DNA of 64,000 nt. Source: Chrysomallon squamiferum. Lineage: Eukaryota; Animalia; Mollusca. A program made the position numbers and the translations under genes. The DNA lies in NCBI GenBank assembly GCA_012295275.1, contig CM022670.1, positions 25,172,001 through 25,236,000 of the forward strand, given 5' to 3'. The notes beneath the pieces are model-generated. The model searched no databases and had not been told where the DNA came from. It was given only the letters and a program-made list of their open reading frames with translations. Shown here one piece after another: positions 13,771 through 26,240 of this stretch (position 1 is the stretch's first letter; each line of letters opens with the position of its first letter).

Positions 13771-16700
13771 TTATCACATTCTGGTTATCTTTATATATAA
13801 TAATATCACAGAGGATGGATAGGTTATTTTGTGGGTTTTGAAGTTTATCGCTGAACCATGGCATATATTAAAATTGTTTAGTATTTAGTTTTGCTTTTGT
13901 CCTACAATACAGGCTGTGCTCACTGAACTGTACAAACCTTTGCTGATTCCGGAGTAACACCAAGACCAGATTCACTGTTAACTGCAAAAGCACTAGCAAT
14001 CCAAGATGTGATTGTGTCTGGAACTGTAGTGTGTATGACAGCCATACCGTCAGAGCTGAAATACCAGGAAATAAAACACCAGTATGAAAACCTGTGTAAT
14101 GCATGGATGTAATATATCTGACTTATATTACAAATAAAGAAAATAATATGTGGCTGTTCATACAGAGTTAGAAAAGAGAAGATTTTTTTTTTTTAACAAA
14201 CTGAAGGATAAATTGTTTGCTTTGAATATTTTTAATCCATCATTGCGTGCTTAAGGGTCATTCAGAGAGATAATACTACAACTAGAAGTAGCAGTAGTAA
14301 CAGTATTGTTATTATTAGTAGTAGTACTTATTATGTATAAAAAAAAAAATAATGCCATTATCACCATCACCACCAAAAACAAGTACCAACAAAACCATCA
14401 GTGTTAATCATACCATCACCAAGATGTGAAAGATAACATTACTGGTAACAGTTATAACTGTAATGATGGAAACTGTATTACAAGGACTCACTCTGTTGTG
14501 GTGTTTGTCCACAGCCAGGTCTCTGGGAAGATTTCTCTAACTCGTTCTACCTCTTTCAGTGCTCCCGTGGAAACAAACCCACCTTCATCTAAACAGAAAA
14601 CATTACATCCCAGAGAAAAGAAAACATTACAAATAAATAAATAAATAAATAAATAAAAATAATAAATAATATATATAAATAAATATACAGAAAGAAAATT
14701 TCTAATGAAAGACTAAACTGAGTAAGATTTTATTTATTTTCTAAGTGTCCTCGATCTTTTTTAAAGTCAAAGCTTATTTATACTTTTGTATGTACGTCTA
14801 TGTGATATATTATATAGTGTGTTATATGAGTCTTTTTTTTTTCTACTTCTACATCATATTTCATGTGTTAATCACTTAGATATATTTATGCAAAAGACAT
14901 TTTTTTTTTTCCAGTGTTGAACACACACATTGATTGGTTGTTAGTTTGCACACCAGAATAAACATTAGAGACACATCATTAACTGTTAGACCATTATTAA
15001 AAAGAACATTTTGACTAGAAGACATAAATTTATAATCTCATATATTAGTTAAACACCAATATATTAATTTGATCCAAAAAAGATACCTGTATCTAAAATT
15101 CTGAAATCTGAAACGTTTTGTCTGAGCATGAAACATTGTGATATTGTATACAAACTTTGTTTCATGCAAAAAATTATTTAAAATATTTTATAATGATACA
15201 TTAGACTACCTGTTTGTGAAATACAAATTTATTTCATGTTTTGACTTAGATCCTATTCTCAGGCCTATCTTTTTATATTTCAGTAGATCCAGTCCTATGC
15301 ATTTTTGATCAAATTCTCAACCTGTGCATACAGTGGTACCTTGACTTACAAGTTTAATTCATTCCATGACCAAGCTCCTAACTCAATTTGCTTGTATATC
15401 AAATCAATTTTCCCAACTGAAATTAACTGCAATACCATTAATCTGTTCCAGCCCTCCAAAAAACACCCATTTTTTTTTGTAATGTGTTTTTGAATAAGAA
15501 AAACGTATTTATAAATGACAAATATTGTATAGAAACCAAATAAAACAGAATGTAAAGAAATAAATTGGTTTTGTAAAGGGTATTTATCTTGGAGATCAGA
15601 CAAATTATTTTAATGCCTTTCGCTAGAGTTACAGCCCTTTATTGACACCTTCTGCTTCAGTGTGGTACTACGCTCGTACTGCCTAGCCTAGTCGACTACA
15701 TGCACACCTCGCTCATGTTTTTCTATGAATTCAAGCTTTAATTCAATGGACATCATGTGCTTCTTATTCTCTGCACTGTCCTTTGCACTCACTTTCTTAG
15801 AAATTTGGCAAAATACTGCACAAAAGGCAAACAGAACACAACAGAGGTAAACAGGTGATGTAAATGAGTGAGATTCAGGATGCTGACTGGATGTTGTGTT
15901 GTTTGTTGTGCCGTCTGGTGGCAGCATATCTGAAGCTTGCTTATAATTTGAATTTTAGCCTGCAACTCAAAGCAAGAAATTGACCAAGCGACTGCTCATA
16001 ACTCGGAGAACTCGTAAGTCAAGGTACCACTGCATATTTTATATACTTACAAGCAGGATATGCGTTCCTACTGTCATATCTAGCTTGTGGTCCTACTAAA
16101 AAAAAAAATGAAAGAAAATTAATTAAAATTCATTGCTTACGTTTTTGCATATGCCTGGGCGCTTGATTTGGGATAAACATTCGTGCCACAAATGGTACCG
16201 CTGTAGTAGTAAAGAGAATAAAAGATGTGTTATAAGTCTTTGACCAATTCTATAGTGCAGTTAAATTAAACATCTCTGACCTTGTGTTAGAATCTTTGAA
16301 TAAATTCATTTCAGGCCTTTTACGGATTCTCTTTGAATGTTATATGCTGCATTAAATTAGGAATATATTTCACATATAATTCACTGTTCTAAATCATTAT
16401 AATGTATGTAACTATAAGATTTTTTAATTTTTATTTGCTTTACCTGGTCCTGCAGAATACTTCATTACTAATACTTGCTCTGTGGTGAACACTATATCAG
16501 TTAAAGCAATAACTCCAGCATTCTGTAAGAAGAAAGTGACATCTAAATAAACACAAAGTTACATGTTACAAACAGAGCAGTATGATCTAGTCACAACTGT
16601 TGTTACATTTTTTATACATTTTCTTTAATGATTATTGAAGGGAAAAAAGTGTCTGATATATATATATATTTATATGCCTTGCCACATAATGTATATTTAA

Positions 16701-19700
16701 TACCAGTTGTATGGTACTGGCTGGAAAAGCAAATATCTCAGGTGACAGACTCCTAAGAACTATGATCAGTCATGTTTCATAATCATCATTTCTTGCCTCA
16801 GTCCCTTGCTGAAAAAGATGAGGAATTACTACACAGTGCAATTTTAAAATTATACCTTGAATGTGTCATAACTGTTGGTGGCCGTGGATTTTACAGGATA
16901 GTGCCAGTCTTGTACTTTTGGTGATGATCTATCATATGTCTTCAGTTCATCCAGAACCTTCAGTGAAAGAAAGACTGAATTGTATGGACCCCAGCTTAGA
17001 AAAATACTACACTAGTCTGAATGTAAGATAAAATTAATTTCATTGTATAAATACATTTTTGTTGATTGGCAGAAGAAGATGGTGGATAGCATCTTCTTGA
17101 TCAGTGTAATCTAGCATTAGCCTGTCATGATTAGAATTAAATATAAAACTTCGAGTTTCATGTAATATTTGCATAATGTGAAATTTCCTCACCTTGGTAA
17201 CGGTGATGTCATTTCCTGACTTGAGCAGTAGCACACTCTGGTCCACAGCTAACAGGAAGACCTGTGACATCTGATCTGCTTTTACTCGAAGGTCCAGTTT
17301 AGTGTGAGGTTCAGCTTTGTCCTTACTGAACGTTACAGACACCTGAAGTGACGGATGATACAGAGTTATAGAGTGAATATCTTACACACTTGAATTTTTC
17401 ACTTAAAACATAAATTTATACTTTTCAGTATTTAAATCTACTGACTTCTTATTCATTTTAATTGGATTTCAATATATAAATCTCTGTCTCTTTTTGTCAA
17501 AAAACACTTTTTTTTTTTTTATAAAATATTTGTTTCTAGCACTGATTAAATATTTCAGGTGACCATGTAATAAAGTAATCTGATGACTTCTGTTAATCAT
17601 TATTAATATCAACTTAGCATTTAAAATTGAATTAAAATTTCCGCTCAGATTGCAAAATAATAACAATATGAATGAATAACAATGACAATTTAGTGTAAAT
17701 AAAACAGTTTATTAACTCACCTTGTTCTCAAAGACATCACTGACTTTGAAGCTGATTGAATCTGCCACAATTTCACCATTGTCTCTGATGAAGTGTACCA
17801 GCACAGTGGTAACTGGCGACATTGTAGCAGTTACGTTGATGTAAAACTTGAGTCTTTTTTCACCATTTCCCTCCACTACATCGCTGATAGCACTTTTCCC
17901 TCGAGAGATTATCTGATAAAGAGATTCAGGTAAACTGTAATGTTACCTTCTTAATTCTGAAATAGCTCAAATTTTCCTGAGTTAATCTGGAAAAGCTGTT
18001 TTTGTCACATACACATCTTTCTCACCAGTGTCAGCCATATTTAAATATATCTATATATATATATAAAAATTTTAATAATAAAAACAAATAAAAATTAACT
18101 AAAAAAATAAATAACATTATGATTGCAAAAATAATAAATTAATATTTTTGTATGTTTATAAAAAAATATAGTTACTTTTAAACAGTATAACAGTATTCTC
18201 AAAAAAGAAGAAGAAGAATACAACAATATGCAAAAATAAAAAACAGAAAAATAAAAACACAAATTTCCAATGGAAACCTATAGGACATCTTGTAACATGG
18301 TGAAAATGGAAAACTTTTTTGATGTTCATAACAGCATACTTGTGAAGAGTGAAACATTACAAGGCATTCAAAGATTTGCTTTATTTTTACAGTTATAATA
18401 TTTAGCCTTAATATAAAACTTGTTACATTGTAGGCATGTAATATGAACTACCTTGTAGAATATTTCTTTGGGGACTTCTGTTGCAAGCAAACTAAATTCT
18501 GCTGTACTTCCAGCCTGAAACAAATCACATCATTTTTGTTATTTCAAATTATTAGAAAGAATTGATGGTGGGTTTTTTTTTGTGTGTTAAAATCTAATAC
18601 ATAAAAACAAAAATTTGAAGAAAATCTGAAAATGACTGTGAGAATATTTTAAAATACATTTTTGTAGACTGAAACAAAATAAATACATTTTTTTCATACT
18701 TCTAAATTATTATTATACTTGTTTCTTTTCATCAATATTTGCAAATAATAAACCTTTAATTGAAAAAAAAAAATCTATTCTTTACTCATTTCAAGAGTTT
18801 TTCAGAATTAATTCACTGAGCATTTAGTTCCAGTTTAACTAACATATATAGGTGATGTTTTGTGATGATAAAGATGATGATGATAACAATGAAAATTAAC
18901 CTTGATAGACTGAGCATCAGATTCCAGTTTAACTTGCATGTATGTTTTGCTTCGTGATACAACTTGTGGAATATGACGTGAAGCATAAATATCCTTGTAG
19001 TAAGCCTGATAAATTAAAAACATTTTTTCATAAAGAAATAAAATTAAAATACTTTTCACAAAAGCAGTAAAAAAAAATACTGAAATTATTACTTTTATTT
19101 CGAGAAATTATAAAAAGAATGAGAAGAAAAAAAAGAGCATCAAAAACACAGACCGTATTACATCACCCATTACCAATGCAACTCCTGCTACTATTACTGT
19201 AAGTACTAATAATAATACAAATATTAAAAACTAAAATTCAACTTGATGTGATATCTGCAATATTACACTCACTGTAACAGAATTCTTCTTTACAATAACT
19301 AATATTACAAATAGTCAAAAAAAATATATCAACCTGTCTACATTCTGCATTAATCGTCAAAAATGGAGACTGTCGTTTCACCTTTCTACACAATCTAATA
19401 ATTTAATGACTGGTCAAAAAATAATACAATGAACATTTTAATTCCAGACCACCCATAGACATTTTATAGTCAAAGAAGAAGAAGAAAAAAATCTCAAATT
19501 TTATTATAATAATGAATACCCTCATTTTGACATTGGTGGTGTTGTCAGGAATTTCTAAGTCAATGGGAACAATTCCGTCAGCAGGGATGGGAAGCTTGAT
19601 GAAGGGCAGGGAATAGGACCCAGTGAAGGTATGACACTCGTATTTAGACTGGTCAGCTTCAGTACGTATGTAATCAACACAGGTAAACACTTCAAGCTCC

Positions 19701-20230
19701 GCGTCCTCAGCTGTGATCGGTGTTCCATCTTGACGAGACACTTTAACCTGAAATCATACGTACGTACATACATACATACATACATACATACATAAGAAAA
19801 TACATACACAAGTACATCCATACAAATATACCGTCATAGATACATCAAAACATCTATACCTATATAGATACATCAAAACATACAAACACACATACATACA
19901 TATATACAAACATATGTTCATACCTACATACATAGAAACACATGCATAGATAAATACACACATTCTAGTATAATATATACATATACATAAATGTTTACAT
20001 ATTTTGACAAACACAAACATCAAACACATATTCATTCACACATACACATTCTGTCTCATACACATACACCTTCACACTACACAATCAACAGTGAAAAAAC
20101 ATGAACATACCACATACAGATACACATACACAGACATCCATTTATATGCACAAATAATAACACACACATCTGCAAACACATACAACTAATGCTTTATATA
20201 GTTACTTCTGCACACACATATATACACATA

Positions 20231-20265
<35 letters not shown>

Positions 20266-20812
20266 GTATACAAAAGGATTTATCATATATACACATATTT
20301 ACACCAAACATAGACATACGTGTATATAAATGGAATTGTCAACATTCTGAAAAGAAACAGTACAAGAGCTAAATGGAATATCACACACACACACACACAC
20401 CTAACAGAGACATGCACACACACACACACACCTAACAGAGACATTCACAAATGGTATCTGCACAAATTATGTGAGAAAACGACATACGTATGCTCTGAAC
20501 GGCAGTCCTGGTTTGAAAGAACTCGGCGTGGAGTCCAAGAACAGAACTTTTTCTGCCACTCTGTGCACCATCATCGCAGCAGTCGCATTCAGCGTTTTGC
20601 CAGTCAGCTCCTCGGTGACGTACGCAACCAAACTGAGTCTAGTGCTGTCACCAAAGTAAGGCTGCAGTTTCCTCACTTCAGACATCGAGAATCTGAACTT
20701 CTGTTCACCATCAATCTGAAAATAATTTTATTATTTATCTTTGAATTAATACCAGCCCCCCAAAATAGCAGGTTAATAATTTAACTCAAAAATGAATATA
20801 CAATTTATGTAT

Positions 20813-20874
<62 letters not shown>

Positions 20875-22114
20875 GTATCTGTGAAAATACATGTATTAAA
20901 ACATATTAATGTAATAAATTCTGCTGAACATTTAATTGTTTGGCTTCTGTCAGTGTGTATGTATTCTTGTATATGGATGAATGTGTTGGCCATCTTTTTT
21001 TTTTTTTTCTGTAAGATCCCAAAATAAAATAAAAAGTCTTTATGTATATGTGAATGTGTGTGTGCATAATGTGTATATATTGTCTGTGTGTGTGTGCCGT
21101 GTCTGAGTGTGTACATTAACGTGTTTGTTTTTATGAATTATATGTGTGTGTGTGTATGTGTGCGTGTGTGTGTGTGTATGTCTGGGTAGGTGTATGTTGC
21201 CATTTTTGTTTCTGAGTGTGGAAAAGTCAGATATGGAACAATCTTTTTTCATCTTCACTATTAATAATTACTGGAAATCCTTTAATCACAGATCTTCTTA
21301 AGTTACCACAGCTGTCTCTTATACTTCCAATGAAAACTCTGATCTCTGCCATACCTTTCACAGGCTTCCCGAATGTGTATCTGAAAAACAGACACACAGC
21401 AAGTTTATGTCTGCTTGGTTTTCATATTCATAAGAAAATTATCTTCAAATTATGTATATTCTTTATTATAAAGTTTTATGTTCATAAAAATATCTGTTAT
21501 CTAAATATTAAGTTGATCGTTTTCACTGTATATGTTTATATATTTTAATTATTTTAATTTAAAGTTTAATATTCAAAAGAAAACTGTTATCCACACACAC
21601 ACACAAACACATAAGAAAACACATATTTATTTTTTTAAATCAACGTTTCATGTTTAAAGAAAATTGTTATTTATTAATTAAGTGTGAGTTTTATTTCAAA
21701 TTTCATGTTTAAAAGAAAATTGTTATCTACAAATTATGTATACACATACATACACATATATATATAATTTAAAAAAAGAAAGAAACAAGTTCCATGTTCA
21801 AGAGAAATTATTTACAAATTTAATGTAATTAAAGAAAACTGATAAGAAAACTGTATTATCCACACCTTGTTCATTTACTTATATTTTACTTACTTGCTTT
21901 TAACAGTCCCGGTTACATCAGAGTCTTGCAAAAGTACAAAGGAAGGCAAATCCACAGTAATCTCAAACTTTGGCAATTCTGAAAATAATCACCATAACAA
22001 GATGGAGGTGAGGGAAGAAATGCTTTGCTTATGATAAGCTCAAGTTAATTTTTTTTTAATTGATTGTCATAAATACACAGACTGTTCTGCTGGATTATAA
22101 AATGTTAATAAAGT

Positions 22115-22201
<87 letters not shown>

Positions 22202-24669
22202 AAAACAACAACAACAATAAAAGATCCATAATAACATTAGCACTTTTTACAGAAGAATCTGTTTACTTACCATACTGTTTAACCATAAAGTATTTTGTTG
22301 TGGCTTGATTTTGCTAACATGAAAAATAAAAGAGAAGATCTTGAACAAGTGTAAGGTTCTAATTTACATCGTAATATTTAATGTGTTAAATAATAATATC
22401 TATGTTCTGAATATAGAAAACACAAAAAGAACAACAAAAAACAACAACAAAACAAATCAACCCCCCCCCAAAAAAAACCCGAAAACAAAAAACAAAAACA
22501 ACAACAACAAAAAATAAAAAATAAAAATAAAATAACATAAAAAAACTCCTAAAACCAACAATCATAGACACACAACAGCTCTTTATGCGAATTCACAAAT
22601 ATACTCTTCAAACCTTTATTTTTATAAATAATTAGTTATAAACCAGTACTGAATAATAAATGTTATGCACATATATATAGTTAAATATCTTTATATTTGT
22701 ACATGATTAACTAGAAACAAGCTTTAATGTCTCACAAATCTCGGAAGAGAAACGGAGATTTTCCAGTTTCCGTTCACCGTCTGACTGGAGAGCTGCATGC
22801 TGTGAGTTACGACTCCCATGCTGTTGTTTTCATGACTCCAGTGTTTTATTTTGTTGTTATTCGGATCCTTGAAATCAACACATAAATAGTATTAACACGT
22901 TGAATTAAATAGAATAAATTTAAATCAACAGAATAAATACATTTTGCTTTCTTTAGAAGTAGCTGAATGCTTGCAGAAACAATATTATTTAAAAAAAAAA
23001 AAAATCGTTTAAACTGAATTGAATAATATAATAATAATGATTTTATAATTTCAGCTTACGTCAATGTCTATTTCTGTAGATCCAAGATACGGCAGCAGAT
23101 TAGGATAGATAGCAACTACTCGAAAATTAACTGAAACAAAAAAAAAATAAATGAATAAACTGATCATACTGAAATTGTTTGTTAATATAAGATGTGTGAG
23201 TTTCTGTTAAACACACCACCCATCTATCTATTCAACCACATACACACATATATCGCATACGACACACACACACCAGTATATACACTCACACACATCCAAA
23301 CAACCAATACTCACATTATACACACATTACCATACATTCATTCACACAAATGCAACCCGTACACCGACCCAGATCTTATTTCTTCCAGAAGGAATATATA
23401 AAAAGATTTGGAAGATCACGAAGTTACACTAACGCGAACTTGTAAAACATGTGACAAGCGAGAGTCAAGTATTTGATATGTTTTATCAAACTTACCAATC
23501 TGTCCAGGTTTATATATTGCTTTGTCTGTTTGGATAAATATCGAGACGACTTTATTGTTTAGTCTCAAACTTTGTTCTTTCTCAAAGACTAGACCACGCC
23601 TTCCCCGCACCCTCAGACTATACCGCCCAGTTTTGACATCTGTTGATGGTATCTAAAACATGAGAAGAAATCACTGGGTCATGAGGCGAAGAGAAAGGGT
23701 GAATAGACTGAACACAATTTTAGAGAAATTAGTATCTGTTAAACATATGTGACATAAAGGTCTAGGATGTAGCTTGAAGAGCAGCTATGTTACCTACTCT
23801 CCAAGCAACGTCCTTTACTGGATAGATATATTACAAACAGTGGCTAAGTGAAGCAGATCGAATTGTCACTGGCTAGAATCTTTGTTTATATCTTTTCAGT
23901 GTAGGTCGAATGAAGTGTTACAGAAGCTGTTGAAAATAATTTTAAACTATATTCACAGATAGGTCAGATTCCACAGGTTCATAGGGCAGGTCCTAATATT
24001 TCATAGAACAGGATTTAAGATTTCATAGAAGAGGACTTAATATTTCGTAGAATAGAACTTAATATTTCATAAAACAGAACTTAATATTTCATAAAACAGA
24101 GGTTAATATTTCACCGAAGAAAATTTAATATGTCATATAAAAAAAAAAAAAAAACTTGATATTTCATAAAATGGATTATAATCTTTCAGAGAATAGATCT
24201 TCAAGTTTCACAGAACTAGTCAAAAACGTTAGTCAACATTATTTGTTCAACATTCTATAATCTCCTGGTAATGATCCATACATGAGAAGTTTGTATAATT
24301 TTAAATTCACCTGAGTTTTACTGTTCTCTGATGAGTTAATTTGTCTCACTGGGTTAAAAACGATTATTTTAGTTTTCAGAATTATTTATTTATCTATATT
24401 TTTATATAGTACTAAGTAATTATTTTGTGGAAAGAAACTTCTACTTCATGGCTCAAACGACTTAAAGTTGCTGGATGCTCTGTTACTTCAGCTATTAAAA
24501 TCATTTTCATTATCAAAATAACAACAATATCGCAATAACAAAAATAATTTATAAGTATTAAATAAAAGTAAAAACAACACACTACAATAAAAAAAACAAA
24601 GTTAAACAGGTTACTATACCTTTAATGTCACTGTCTTGTGTTCCCCTACAAAGAAAGGAAAACAAACAA

Positions 24670-24725
<56 letters not shown>

Positions 24726-25060
24726 ATGGTTATCCGACATCATACTTTGAGAAAACATCAGAGCGCTGGTTCCAGCGATAAATTAACCGAAAATAAGTTG
24801 CGGGCCGATTCCAGTTCAGCCTCACTACTGAAACAATAAAACGCGATTTTTATTTCGTTATATTTATACATCAGTAGAAAATGCTATATAGGATGTTTTA
24901 CAGAATAAAAACGATAAACACTGAATTGTAAATGCCGTTATTTTCGCCGCACACTGTACAAAAAAAAAAAAAAAAAAAAAAAAATAAAATAAAATAAAAA
25001 AAAAAAATAAAAAAAAAAAAAAAAAAAATTAAAAAAAATAATATTAAAATAAATAAATAA

Positions 25061-25097
<37 letters not shown>

Positions 25098-25541
25098 CCT
25101 CGACACCTCCGTATAAATTAGAAAATAAATGAAGCATTAAATAAAAAAAATAAATAAATAAATAAATAATAATAATAACAGTAACAATATACCTGTCATT
25201 GCATCCACACGTCGAGTGCTCACTGGGATCTTGAACATCTTCGTGTTGTTGTGCCAAGTTTTAATTATCTGCACGATGAACCGAACAGACCCCGTAGAGT
25301 TGATGACGTGCAGGTCAACGTTGTACGGCTGCCCAACAGTTATTCGCTTCATGGCCGTTATCAGGTAGGTGCTGAACAATAAGCGAAGCGTTAACATCAG
25401 TTTTAGTCAAATGTACGTATGTATGTATGTATGTATGTATGTATGTATTATGTATGTGTGTCTGTGTGTGTATGAGATGCTTTCTGGAACAAATTAAGAA
25501 ATGTAAGAGATTTAAAAAAAAATAAAATAAAATAAAATAAG

Positions 25542-25572
<31 letters not shown>

Positions 25573-26203
25573 TAAAGGAAAACATATATATTTGTTTGAT
25601 TATCTGTCATGTTTTATTACTTTTCAACTCACTTTTCTGTAACTGCTCCAATTTCATTACAAGTCAGGAAAACCACAAAAACCGCGAGAAACATCATGGC
25701 GTGACTTCTCTGGAATAATAATAAAATAATAATAATGATGATGATAATAAAAAATAATATGATGATGATGATGATGATGATGACGACGACGATGATAATA
25801 ATAAACAATAACAACAACAATAAAAATTACATTAATAATAAGAGTCACAATAACTACAACAACAACAACAGTAATAAAAAAAAAGCTGTCCTGAATTATC
25901 CGATTTTTGAATTTGGATTATTTATTTGAATGGTACATTGATTGAAAATCCGATTTTTTTATTAATAATCAAAATTTGGGAGGAAAAACCCAATCCCACA
26001 TTTTTATTTTTTTCCTTTTTTTTTTTAACCCTCTAAGGACACCTATTTTGAATAATTTTGGGACTTTTCTGTATTTGGAAAAAGAATAAGCATGAATGAA
26101 ACAGAGTAGCAAAGAGACAGAAAAATAAAAAATAAAATAAAAAAAATAAAAATTAATAAATAAATAAAATAAAATAAAATAAAAAAAAAAAAAAAAAAAA
26201 AAA

Positions 26204-26240
<37 letters not shown>

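Noticed and set aside
16281-16346. 66-nt AG..GT block as another bait exon
   Set aside because: Contains TGA in the required phase-1 frame; at most a decayed or poison exon
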